IMG/VR virus record: IMGVR_UViG_3300017911_002159
Location: 1 to 64,000 of that record
DNA length: 64,000 bases
DNA from: a virus
Lineage: Duplodnaviria > Caudoviricetes
Strand: one strand, 5' to 3'
In this document: positions 55,237 to 64,000 of the stretch, in pieces
Position numbering within the stretch: the stretch's first letter is position 1
Layout of the letters: every line of letters begins with the position of its first letter
The notes under the pieces: generated by a model
What the model was told of the DNA's origin: nothing
Seen by the model: the letters and a program-made list of their open reading frames with translations, nothing else
The model's database searches: none
Translations under genes and position numbers: made by a program

Positions 55237-56622
55237 ATGTCTTACTCGAAAAATTTTATTAGAGAATTTAGTATATCACTTCCCGGTGGCAGCAGCGGTT
55301 CAAAGGCCCCCGGTACTATTTTTGGATTTGGTCAAAATATTGACATAGCTGGTCCTGCAGCATTTGTCTCAAAAAAAGCAACACAAGCTGCAATTGATAC
55401 AGCTACCTCAAGAGAAAACTTACTTAAGTTAGGTGCTGCTGCCTTAGTTGCTGGGGGAGCTTTAGGTTTAAGTGCAGGTCTTGGTGGTAGACTTGCAAAC
55501 TTAGGAAGAAAGAAAGAAATTGAAGAAGATAGAGCATCTTCTCAGCAAGGTTACGAGGCACAAATAAATCAAGCTATTGCAGCGGCAGACCCAAGTGATT
55601 TGGATCCTGCACAAAATGCAGCAAGAATTGCAGGGCCAGAGGGTCAGAAAGCAGTAGACGATGCTCTTAGATATGCAAATCCTGATACAACGAAGGGTGA
55701 GCAAGGTTTAAATCCTGTATCTAGGGCTGCTATTTCACAAGCCACAGGAATTAATATAGGCAAATTACCTAGAGCAGGAACTTTAGGCGGTGGAGATTCG
55801 GGAAATCCTCCTGCAGGTGTTGCCGTTGCTACAAGGGCTGCTGCTAGAGCAGCCGCAGATGCTAGAGATGCATACAACGATCCCTCTACAGGCTATAAAA
55901 AAACAATTGATCAAACAATAGCTAATATTAGAGGAACAAGATTCAATCCAACAGGTGGTGGTGGAACTAATCCAAGCATAGATTCTGACAGTCCTACTGT
56001 TAGAACCGTAGGTAATGCTATTTTAAATTCACCTATTGGTAAAGAGGGTGTAAGACAAGCTAAAATTGCACAAATTGGCACTCGAACAGGGGCTAAATCT
56101 CCAGATACTTTCATGGCTACAAGACAAAATACTGGTGTCGATAGAGAAGTTTTAGACCCTTCATCATCTAATCTAAGAAATATAGCTTCTGCAGGTGCAA
56201 AAGTATTTGGGTCAAATGTTTCATTGCCTTCAGGTGATGAAGCTGCTTCAGCTATTCAATCGTTTAATCCAGCAGAATTGATGGGTCAAGGTGCAAGTGT
56301 ACTCTCTGGAGTTTCGAAATCAGCACAACCGTATATTAAGGCATATGGTGGTAATCCACTTAATTTAATTGGATTAGGAAGTAACTTTAGACCTTCTGTT
56401 GGTGATATAGCTGCTATGAGAGGCGAGTTAAGATCTAATTTAGCTCCAATTGCTAAATCTATTAACAGATCCATTGGTGATGCTGGCGGACAGTCAGGTC
56501 TTAACCCTGCTTTCGATTATATCAGAACTACTAAACCTGAAGATATTGCAAATGCAAGCCAACAATTCGGTGCAAATCCAACAAGATTTGCCAGAGCACA
56601 AAGAAATCTCGGAGCAAAATAA
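55237..56622 (+). CDS. Putative internal head protein A (Gly/Ala-rich, CTS-like leader)
   Basis: MSYSKNFIRE leader; hydrophobic LGAAALVAGGALGLSAGLGG followed by RLANLGRKKEIEEDR. Confidence 0.7.
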   Translation: MSYSKNFIREFSISLPGGSSGSKAPGTIFGFGQNIDIAGPAAFVSKKATQAAIDTATSRENLLKLGAAALVAGGALGLSAGLGGRLANLGRKKEIEEDRASSQQGYEAQINQAIAAADPSDLDPAQNAARIAGPEGQKAVDDALRYANPDTTKGEQGLNPVSRAAISQATGINIGKLPRAGTLGGGDSGNPPAGVAVATRAAARAAADARDAYNDPSTGYKKTIDQTIANIRGTRFNPTGGGGTNPSIDSDSPTVRTVGNAILNSPIGKEGVRQAKIAQIGTRTGAKSPDTFMATRQNTGVDREVLDPSSSNLRNIASAGAKVFGSNVSLPSGDEAASAIQSFNPAELMGQGASVLSGVSKSAQPYIKAYGGNPLNLIGLGSNFRPSVGDIAAMRGELRSNLAPIAKSINRSIGDAGGQSGLNPAFDYIRTTKPEDIANASQQFGANPTRFARAQRNLGAK

Positions 56623-56960
56623 TGAGTTATTCTAGAAGTTTAATTAGAGAAGTTACGGTTACAGCCACAAAAACCCAAGGCCCAACAATTGGACAAACTG
56701 GAACCACAGATGTTCCAGCTAGTCCTCTAGATGCTGATAAATTTAATGTAAGTGGTTTAGGTGCTGCTGGAGCAGATGCTCTAACAAAGACAGTAAGAAA
56801 CATCGGTTCCGATTTGTTTGGTACAGGTGGCATTTTTACAAAACCAAAAAATATTGCAATTGCTGCTGCTGTCCCGTTGTCAATTGGAGCATTGAGTTCG
56901 GTTGGTAGAAGAATTGGTAATATTGGTCGTAGAAGAGAAGAAGACAGAAGGTTCAGATAA
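56622..56960 (+). CDS. Putative internal head protein B (paralogue of the N-terminal part of A)
   Basis: MSYSRSLIRE leader; IAIAAAVPLSIGALSSVG followed by RRIGNIGRRREEDRR. Confidence 0.7.
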   Translation: MSYSRSLIREVTVTATKTQGPTIGQTGTTDVPASPLDADKFNVSGLGAAGADALTKTVRNIGSDLFGTGGIFTKPKNIAIAAAVPLSIGALSSVGRRIGNIGRRREEDRRFR

Positions 56961-57286
56961 TGTATAGCCGTAAACTTCTCAAAGAATTACAAGAAGCTGG
57001 TAAAGATGATCTTTACTACAGACAAGTAGATTTTGACCCCTATGCACCAAGATACACTGTTCCACAGTTAGCAACAACCGCAGGTGGTATAGCAGGAACA
57101 ACCCTTGGTTCTCAGCTAGGTATGAGATTGGGCCAGTCTACAGGTATTCCCGGTGCTGGACTTGCAGGGTTAGGTATTGGTGGTGCTCTTGGCGGTGCCT
57201 TAGGTTCTATTGGTGCTTACCAACTAGCAAAGGCTGCAAGACCTAAAAAGAAGAAGCAAAAGAAACTGATACAGTATTATAGATAA
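56960..57286 (+). CDS. Putative internal head protein C (glycine zipper)
   Basis: MYSRKLLKELQE leader; GxxxG zipper GLAGLGIGGALGGALGSIG; KKKKQKK tail. Confidence 0.7.
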   Translation: MYSRKLLKELQEAGKDDLYYRQVDFDPYAPRYTVPQLATTAGGIAGTTLGSQLGMRLGQSTGIPGAGLAGLGIGGALGGALGSIGAYQLAKAARPKKKKQKKLIQYYR

Positions 57287-57822
57287 TGTCAATTTCAGAA
57301 TCACAACCAGCATCTTTAAACTATATTCAACCGAATAATTTTACTTTTCGGATTAAAAGACTTCCTGACTTAAATTTCACAATTCAGTCCTGTAATGTTC
57401 CCGGCATTTCTGTTGGTAGAGTTGATCAGCCTAACCCTGTTCAGGGTGCACCTTTACAGGGCGACAGAATGTTTTTTGCAGATCTTTCGGTTGCTTTTCT
57501 TGTAGATGAAAACTTAAAAAACTACCGTGAGATTTTTACTTGGATGAGCAGAATCACAAACCAAAGTTGGCATCCCGGTTCTTATCATTACAAAACTTTA
57601 AGAGATGCACAGCCGGGTGATGATGTTGGTTTATTCTCTGATATCACAATGAATATCTTGACTTCTGCAAAAAATCCTAATATAAGATTAAAGTTTACTG
57701 ATGCTTTTCCTATTCAGTTGTCTGATTTAATCTTTGACTCTCAATCAGATCCTTCTGCATTTGCAAAAGCACAAGTAGTATTTACTTATAAGGATTATGA
57801 TTTTGAAGTCGTTGGTGGTTAA
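57286..57822 (+). CDS. gp3: Tail tube terminator gp3
   Basis: NY..P.NF.F.I...P...F..Q..N.PGI, F.VDE.L.NY.EI..W, F.DAFP..LS.L.FD. Confidence 0.9.
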   Translation: MSISESQPASLNYIQPNNFTFRIKRLPDLNFTIQSCNVPGISVGRVDQPNPVQGAPLQGDRMFFADLSVAFLVDENLKNYREIFTWMSRITNQSWHPGSYHYKTLRDAQPGDDVGLFSDITMNILTSAKNPNIRLKFTDAFPIQLSDLIFDSQSDPSAFAKAQVVFTYKDYDFEVVGG

Positions 57823-58256
57823 TGAAGATAGATGACATTTATGATTTGTGGAGAGAAGACAGTTATTTTGAACGTGATGAACTGACAGAAGAAACTCTTA
57901 AAATCCCACAACTACATTCTAAGTATCTCAGAATTTTATCTGGTGAAAGAATCAGACTTAAAATGTTAGAGTCTGAAAGCAAAAAACTCTACAAAAATAA
58001 GCATGAGTACTATCGGGGTGATCTTGACGAAGATACTCTGAAGGAAAAGGGTTGGGAACAAAACCCCCTTAAAATCCTTAGACAAGATTTGGATATGTAT
58101 ATCCAACAGGACCAAGACATGTCAGAAATTTCATCGAAGATTGAAATGCAAAAAGAGAAAGTGTCTATTTTGGAGTCTATTTTACAACAAATAAATAATA
58201 GAGGGTATCAGATCAAATCTATTATTGATTGGGAAAAATTTAAAGCTGGTGTATGA
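57822..58256 (+). CDS. uvsY: Recombination mediator UvsY
   Basis: W..DS......L..E.L.IP.LHSKY, YY.G, R.YQIK..I.W.KF.AG. Confidence 0.93.
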   Translation: MKIDDIYDLWREDSYFERDELTEETLKIPQLHSKYLRILSGERIRLKMLESESKKLYKNKHEYYRGDLDEDTLKEKGWEQNPLKILRQDLDMYIQQDQDMSEISSKIEMQKEKVSILESILQQINNRGYQIKSIIDWEKFKAGV

Positions 58257-59677
58257 TTAATATTGAAAAGATAAACGATGTATATATTAGAATAGATTGT
58301 GAAGAAGACGTTGCTTACGAGCTAAGTGACAAGTTTACCTTTGATGTTCCCGGTGCAAAATTTTCTCCAGCTTACAAGAAAAAGCTTTGGGACGGTAAAA
58401 TACGTTTATTCAACATAAGAAAAAGAACTATTTACGCTGGATTAGTAGAAACAGTAAAAAGTTTTTTTGACGAGAAAGAATATGAATATAACGTAGGTTT
58501 TGATTACGATTCTTCAAAAATTGATTTTGAATCTCTTATCAAAGAAATAAATCTACCAGATAATATTCAACCCAGAGACTACCAAAGAAAAGCTGTAGAA
58601 CATGCAGTGTCAAAGTCCAGAGGACTTTTGCTGTCTCCGACAGCATCTGGTAAGTCACTTATCATCTATATTCTTACTAGATTTTATGAGAGTAAAACTC
58701 TTATAATTGTTCCTACTACTTCTCTCGTTTATCAGATGAGAGATGATTTTGTTTCTTATGGATATGACATAGATAAGATTCACTGTATCATGGCAGGACA
58801 AGATAAGGTTACTGATAAGCCTATCGTTATATCAACTTGGCAATCTATCCATAAGTCTAATAAAGATTTCTATGATCCTTACAAAGTCATTATAGGCGAT
58901 GAAGCTCACTTGTTCAAGGCAAAATCTTTAACAACGATCATGGAAAAAACTGTTTCGGTCCCTTACAAGTTTGGGTTTACCGGAACACTGGATGGATCTC
59001 AGACCAACAAGCTTGTTTTAGAAGGACTTTTTGGGTCTGTCTTTAGGGTGACAACGACAAAGGAGTTGATGGATTCAAACTACCTAGCCAATGTTGGTGT
59101 CAAGTGTATAACACTCAACCACCCCAAAGAAGCTAGAAACCTTGTCAAAGGTTCTACGTATCAACAAGAGATCGATTATCTTTGCATCAACCCACAAAGA
59201 AATAATTTTATAAAAAATCTTGCATTATCTTGTAATGGTAATACACTGGTTCTGTTTCAGATGGTCGAGAAGCAAGGGAAGCTGCTTTACGATCTTATTA
59301 AAGAAAATGGTAGGGATGTTTTTTATGTTGATGGCAACACAAAGGCTGAAGACCGTGAGAGTGTTAGGAAGTATGCAGAGGAGAATCAAAATGTGATTAT
59401 TATCGCCTCCTATGGCGTTTTTAGTACGGGAGTAAACATCAAAAATTTGCATAACGTGATTTTTGCCTCTCCCTCAAAATCAAGAATCAGAAACCTACAA
59501 TCTATCGGTAGGGGTCTGAGACGGTCTTCGGAAAAGGATAAGGCGGTTGTCTACGATATTTCAGATGATTTAAGACAGAGAAACAAAGACAACTACACAC
59601 TTCAACATTTCAAAGAGAGATTGAGAATTTATTCTGAAGAAAAATTTAAATTTAAAGTGTATGAGTATAAATTATGA
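58253..59677 (+). CDS. uvsW: SF2 DNA helicase UvsW
   Basis: WDGKIRLF, PTASGKS, DEAH, GFTGT, QSIGRGLR. Confidence 0.97.
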   Translation: MINIEKINDVYIRIDCEEDVAYELSDKFTFDVPGAKFSPAYKKKLWDGKIRLFNIRKRTIYAGLVETVKSFFDEKEYEYNVGFDYDSSKIDFESLIKEINLPDNIQPRDYQRKAVEHAVSKSRGLLLSPTASGKSLIIYILTRFYESKTLIIVPTTSLVYQMRDDFVSYGYDIDKIHCIMAGQDKVTDKPIVISTWQSIHKSNKDFYDPYKVIIGDEAHLFKAKSLTTIMEKTVSVPYKFGFTGTLDGSQTNKLVLEGLFGSVFRVTTTKELMDSNYLANVGVKCITLNHPKEARNLVKGSTYQQEIDYLCINPQRNNFIKNLALSCNGNTLVLFQMVEKQGKLLYDLIKENGRDVFYVDGNTKAEDRESVRKYAEENQNVIIIASYGVFSTGVNIKNLHNVIFASPSKSRIRNLQSIGRGLRRSSEKDKAVVYDISDDLRQRNKDNYTLQHFKERLRIYSEEKFKFKVYEYKL

Positions 59678-60165
59678 CAAAAAAGAAAAAGTCGGTAAAT
59701 TATATCGACAACAAAACATTTTACAGAAGATTGGTCGAATATCAGGAAGAGTGTAGAAACGCAGAGGACATGCCTATAATTCCTAATGACATTGCTATTT
59801 GTATTAGTGACATTGCAAATCGTCTTGCCACCAAACCAAATTTTTCTGGATACATTTTTAAAGAGGATATGATTGGTGACGGCATTGAAAATGCATTGGA
59901 TGCTGTGTTAAAGTTCAATCCTGAAAAATCTGAAAATCCATTTGCTTATTTCACACAAATAATCTGGTATGCTTTTCTCAGAAAAATCGAGAAGGAAAAA
60001 AAGCTTCTTCTAATCAAGAAAAAATACTATGATCATAAGTACATCAATCAGGAGCTTGTGGACTACTCACTCTCGGACAAGACCAAGATTCCTTACTCAG
60101 ACACTTATGTTCAAAACGACTACATGGATGATCTAGAAAAAAGGCACGACGAAAAGAATGGCTAA
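59674..60165 (+). CDS. gp55: Late sigma factor gp55
   Basis: NY.DNK.F, IA..L..KPNF.GY.F.EDMI.DGIEN, FNPEKS.NPFAYFTQI.WYAFLR.I.KEKK. Confidence 0.96.
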   Translation: MTKKKKSVNYIDNKTFYRRLVEYQEECRNAEDMPIIPNDIAICISDIANRLATKPNFSGYIFKEDMIGDGIENALDAVLKFNPEKSENPFAYFTQIIWYAFLRKIEKEKKLLLIKKKYYDHKYINQELVDYSLSDKTKIPYSDTYVQNDYMDDLEKRHDEKNG

Positions 60166-61207
60166 AATTGCCTTGATAGCTGATACACACTATGGTGTCA
60201 GAAATGATAACGTGAATTATTATGAACACTTTTCTAAGTTTTTTGATAACATTTTTTTCCCGTACCTCAAAGAACACAAGATTCAAAAGGTTGTTCATTT
60301 AGGTGATGTTGTAGATAGAAGAAAGTACATCAACTTTCTCACAGCACATCATCTTAGAAAATCTTTTCTAGAGCCGTTGGAAGATCTAGGTATCGAGACT
60401 GACATCATCGTTGGTAACCACGATACCTACTATAAAAATACAAACGAAATAAATGCAATTGATGAGGTTGTTAGAAGATACTCAAACGTAAACTTCTACA
60501 AAGATCCTATTGAAGTTGATTTGCTGGGTATCCCGACACTTTATCTTCCTTGGATCTGTAACCAGAATCGTAAAAGTAGTATCGACCTTATCAAGACCAC
60601 TGATGCCAAACTCTGCATAGGTCATCTAGAAATCGAAGGCTTTTTGATGCAGCCGGGGCAGGTCAATAAGGAAGGCATAAATCCTTCGATGTTCGACAAA
60701 TTCAACAAAACACTGTCTGGTCATTTTCACTTAAGATCTTCAAATAAAAACATTTACTATCTTGGTTGTCCCTACCAGATGAACTGGTCAGACTATGGCT
60801 TGGTAAAAGGATTTCATATCCTAGACTCAGAGACACAAGATCTAGAGTTCGTAAAAAATCCTTATGATATGTACACAAGGATAACTATCGACTCACCATT
60901 CAAAGCTGAAAAGTATCTTAACAAGCAATCTATAAAAGATCACTACGTCAAAATTGTAATTAAAGAAAATATTGACGGAATTGTTCTTGATGATTTTGTT
61001 TCTAAAGTTGAGGCTCTATCACCGTATGAGGTTAAGATCGTTGATGAGACTATGGTTCATCAACGTGAAACCATCGATATCGAACACCTTGAGGATACGC
61101 AGCAAATTATATCTAACTACATAAAATCAATTGACACTTCAGTAGATGATGATAAGCTCACTGACAAAATTCTTGACTTATATCATAGAGCTATGAATGC
61201 TGAGTAA
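60158..61207 (+). CDS. gp47: Recombination endonuclease subunit gp47 (Mre11/SbcD-like)
   Basis: DTHYG, HLGD..DRRK, GNHD, GHLE, SGHFH. Confidence 0.96.
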   Translation: MAKIALIADTHYGVRNDNVNYYEHFSKFFDNIFFPYLKEHKIQKVVHLGDVVDRRKYINFLTAHHLRKSFLEPLEDLGIETDIIVGNHDTYYKNTNEINAIDEVVRRYSNVNFYKDPIEVDLLGIPTLYLPWICNQNRKSSIDLIKTTDAKLCIGHLEIEGFLMQPGQVNKEGINPSMFDKFNKTLSGHFHLRSSNKNIYYLGCPYQMNWSDYGLVKGFHILDSETQDLEFVKNPYDMYTRITIDSPFKAEKYLNKQSIKDHYVKIVIKENIDGIVLDDFVSKVEALSPYEVKIVDETMVHQRETIDIEHLEDTQQIISNYIKSIDTSVDDDKLTDKILDLYHRAMNAE

Positions 61208-62922
61208 TGCATATTGAATTTAAAAATGTTAGATGGAAAAATTTTCTCAGTACAGGCAACGTTTACACAAATGTTGATCTGAACAAACACAAAACACGTC
61301 TGATTATTGGCAGCAATGGCTCTGGCAAATCTACAATTTTAGATGCCTTAACCTTTTGCTTATACAACAAACCTTTTAGAAAAATTAACAAGCCTCAGTT
61401 GATAAACTCTATCAACAAAAAAGATTGTTCTGTGGAAGTTGAGTTTGATACGGGCGGTCATAAATACAAAGTATCAAGAGGAATAAAGCCCAACTTCTTT
61501 AACATCGAGAGGGATGGGAAACTTCTTGATCAAGACGCTGCCACAAAAGATTTTCAAAACATTCTAGAAAGAAACATTCTAAAGCTTAACTACAAGTCGT
61601 TTTGCCAAGTTGTTGTGGTTGGATCTGCTTCCTTTGTTCCTTTTATGCAGCTTACTGCAGCCTCTCGTAGAGAGGTTATCGAGGACATTCTAGATATTAA
61701 GATATTCTCTAGAATGAGTTCACTCGTAAAGGATGATGTTACATCTTTGAAAAATGCTATCACTGATAATGTCTCAAAAAGAAATTTTCAGGAAGAAAAG
61801 ATTAACATGTTCAAAGAGTCTCAGAAAAAATTAGAACGAAACACTGAAGAACTTATAGAGAAACACAACAAAAAGATTGATGAAGTCGGCACAAAAATTA
61901 AAGAAATTCAAGAGCAAGTAGATATTTTAGTCGATGAAGTTTCTGGTTCTGCAGATATTGAGAAAGAGAATGCTGATCTTCAAAAAAATCATAGAGAAAT
62001 CGAGAAACTTGAAACTTCTTTAAACGTAAAGATAAACAACTTAGAAAAGATTATAAACTTCTACGATAACAATGAAGACTGTCCTACCTGTCGGCAAACA
62101 ATTGAGGACAGCTTTAAACTTAAAGAACAGAGCAATAGTAGAAAAAAGTCTGAAGAGTGTAAAGAAGCACTTAAATCTTTGTCACAGAAGAATGAAAAGG
62201 TTCAGGAAAGAATATCTTCTATTGCTAGTCGTTTAAAAGAAATCTCACGTAAAAATTCTGAGATATCTGAAAAGAATAATCAAATTTCTTTTTACAACAA
62301 CAATATCAAAGAAATTGTTAGTGAGGTTCAAAGACTTCAAGAAGATAAAAATGTCATCAGAAATGATGCAAAGCTTGCTGAGCTAGAGAAAGAATATAAA
62401 GATCTAAGATCACAATATTCTTCTTTGAAAGATGAGGCAAAGGTTCTTGAGGTAGCTGTTTCTTTATTGAAGGACTCGGGTATCAAGTCTTCAATAATAA
62501 AACAATATATTCCTGTGGTGAACAATCTTATTAATCAGTATTTGCAGTCTATGGACTTTTTTGTAAAATTTGAACTGGATGAAAATTTTGCAGAAACAAT
62601 ACTGTCTCGTCACAGAGATATTTTTAGCTATGAATCTTTTTCCGAAGGTGAGAAGTTCAGAATTGATCTGGCTCTTCTGTTCACTTGGAGAAAGATAGCT
62701 AAGCTGAAAAATAGTGTATCGACCAATATCCTAATTATGGATGAAGTTTTTGATTCGTCTCTTGACTCTAGTGGGACGGACGATTTTATGAAACTGATTA
62801 ACGATACCGACGAAATGTCAAACATTCTGATCATCTCACATAAGGGTGATCAGTTACATGATGCTTTTGATAATGTTATGAAATTTGAAAAGATGAAAGG
62901 ATTTAGTAGGGTGGCTGCATGA
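61207..62922 (+). CDS. gp46: Recombination ATPase subunit gp46 (Rad50/SbcC-like)
   Basis: G.NG.GKST, CPTC zinc hook, FSEGEK, DEVFDSSLD, ISH. Confidence 0.97.
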   Translation: MHIEFKNVRWKNFLSTGNVYTNVDLNKHKTRLIIGSNGSGKSTILDALTFCLYNKPFRKINKPQLINSINKKDCSVEVEFDTGGHKYKVSRGIKPNFFNIERDGKLLDQDAATKDFQNILERNILKLNYKSFCQVVVVGSASFVPFMQLTAASRREVIEDILDIKIFSRMSSLVKDDVTSLKNAITDNVSKRNFQEEKINMFKESQKKLERNTEELIEKHNKKIDEVGTKIKEIQEQVDILVDEVSGSADIEKENADLQKNHREIEKLETSLNVKINNLEKIINFYDNNEDCPTCRQTIEDSFKLKEQSNSRKKSEECKEALKSLSQKNEKVQERISSIASRLKEISRKNSEISEKNNQISFYNNNIKEIVSEVQRLQEDKNVIRNDAKLAELEKEYKDLRSQYSSLKDEAKVLEVAVSLLKDSGIKSSIIKQYIPVVNNLINQYLQSMDFFVKFELDENFAETILSRHRDIFSYESFSEGEKFRIDLALLFTWRKIAKLKNSVSTNILIMDEVFDSSLDSSGTDDFMKLINDTDEMSNILIISHKGDQLHDAFDNVMKFEKMKGFSRVAA

Positions 62923-63413
62923 AATTAGAAATTGTCGATAGAAAACATCCTTTGTTGACTACAAAGCTTGATCCGTTTGATTTTAACAACCCGATTCATG
63001 ATCCTAAAGAATTAGCTATTGAGATGGTTAATGTTATCAGAAAATATAAACTGGTGGCATTATCTGCTAATGAAGTTGGCATAAACACAAGATTGATAGT
63101 TTTGGATACAGATCCAATCTACGCCATGTTCAATCCGATGATTACAAACACTTTTGGCGAAGAGGTCTATCTGGAAGAAACAGATATCTCTAGGTCTGAT
63201 ATTGTTTGTAAAGTCAAAAGACCTTCTTCGGTTAGGGTAAGATTTCAAGATATTGAATCTGCATTTAATGCACAAAAGTTTGCTGGGCTTACAGCAAGAA
63301 ATCTTTTACATCATTTAGACAATATCGACGGAGTAGTTTTTTACAACAAGGCCACAGCCTTCCATCGACAAAAAGCTCTTAAGAACATGAAAAAACTATC
63401 AGGTGTAAAATGA
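62919..63413 (+). CDS. def: Peptide deformylase homologue, catalytic motifs degenerate
   Basis: HP.L, LSANEVG...R, FNP.I, V.RP..V.V.FQD, G..AR...H..D...G scaffold; EGCLS reads ETDIS and HExDH reads HHLDN. Confidence 0.75.
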   Translation: MKLEIVDRKHPLLTTKLDPFDFNNPIHDPKELAIEMVNVIRKYKLVALSANEVGINTRLIVLDTDPIYAMFNPMITNTFGEEVYLEETDISRSDIVCKVKRPSSVRVRFQDIESAFNAQKFAGLTARNLLHHLDNIDGVVFYNKATAFHRQKALKNMKKLSGVK

Positions 63414-63706
63414 CAGAGTTTAAGTTTGATGAAGATAAGATTCTTGATGAAGTTTATCATTATCTTTCTTCGACCTATAGCCAACACTATACGTCTAATA
63501 AGTCGAACATTCAGGCAGTCGATATCTGGAATTCGTTAGGAACTCTAGAAAGCACAGCACGTGATAATGCCTTAAAATATTTGCTTAGATACGGAAAAAA
63601 AGATGGTAAGAACAGAAAAGATTTGCTAAAAGCAATTCATTATATTGTGCTTATGATTTACACTTTGAATGAGGAAGAACAAGATGTTACTACACCCCAA
63701 ATCTGA
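63410..63706 (+). CDS. DUF3310-like protein
   Basis: QHY......Q..D, NALKYL.RYGKK.G....DLLKAIHY. Confidence 0.8.
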   Translation: MTEFKFDEDKILDEVYHYLSSTYSQHYTSNKSNIQAVDIWNSLGTLESTARDNALKYLLRYGKKDGKNRKDLLKAIHYIVLMIYTLNEEEQDVTTPQI

Positions 63707-64000
63707 ATTTACTAATTCTAAAATTACAGAGATTCAGGAAGAAGATTCACAACCTAATGCCGTAGATATTCGTCTCGATGAGGTAAAACGAATTGATTCT
63801 TCGGTTTTCAGCTTAGACGAAGATGGTGGAAAGACACACCGTATTCTGACTGATATGCCTGTTCAGGATGATGGTTACTTTGTTCTTCCGCCCGGTTCAT
63901 ATCAAGTACAAATGAAGAATCAAATCACTGTTGGTGAAAATGAATCTGGCGTTGTGATCAGTAGATCAACTTTGATTCGAAATGGTATATATTTGGTTTC
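63684..64000 (+). CDS. Trimeric dUTPase/dCTP deaminase family protein (3' truncated by window edge)
   Basis: Manual translation MLLHPKS...QPNAVDIRL...LPPGSY...ISRSTLIRNG, open to the window end. Confidence 0.8.
   Translation, partial: MLLHPKSEFTNSKITEIQEEDSQPNAVDIRLDEVKRIDSSVFSLDEDGGKTHRILTDMPVQDDGYFVLPPGSYQVQMKNQITVGENESGVVISRSTLIRNGIYLV

Noticed and set aside
60029-60136. Short +1-frame ORF in the C-rich 3' end of gp55
   Set aside because: Only about 35 codons, no SD, and within chance expectation

Overview
This window is an AT-rich segment of a T4-like myovirus genome. Gene content and order resemble marine cyano-/pelagi-/roseo-type T4-likes; there are no photosynthesis genes here, so a heterotrophic proteobacterial host is plausible but unproven. 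1-13 kb is an accessory region: a GT25 glycosyltransferase fragment, a Holliday junction resolvase, small ORFs including a DUF3563-like gene, tRNA-Arg(UCU), tRNA-Thr(UGU), guaC, a minus-strand operon of exported/membrane proteins with pilin-like and chaperone-like members, an Ntn hydrolase, a glutaredoxin and a GT4 glycosyltransferase. Next come phoH-exonuclease-gp33-gp59-gp32 and a minus-strand tail/baseplate block (SleB-domain tape-measure-like protein, gp51, gp26, gp54, gp2, gp4). The main virion module follows: gp48, gp53, hub, a fragmented gp5 locus, gp25, gp6-8, VrlC-like protein, an S74-chaperoned fibre and gp13-gp23. The window ends with gp3, uvsY, uvsW, gp55, gp47, gp46, a degenerate peptide deformylase, DUF3310 and a truncated dUTPase/dCTP deaminase. 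Best leads: (1) a family of Gly/Ala-rich, probably membrane-active proteins with T4-type capsid-targeting leaders ((I/L)-x-E) encoded next to the head genes; (2) a phage-encoded fimbria-like export module; (3) a probable overprinted gene inside gp59; (4) a gp5 locus split into pieces carrying apparently dead amidase and M15 domains; (5) apparent genome-wide CCWGG avoidance. All family calls come from motif recognition by eye and synteny; no searches were run.
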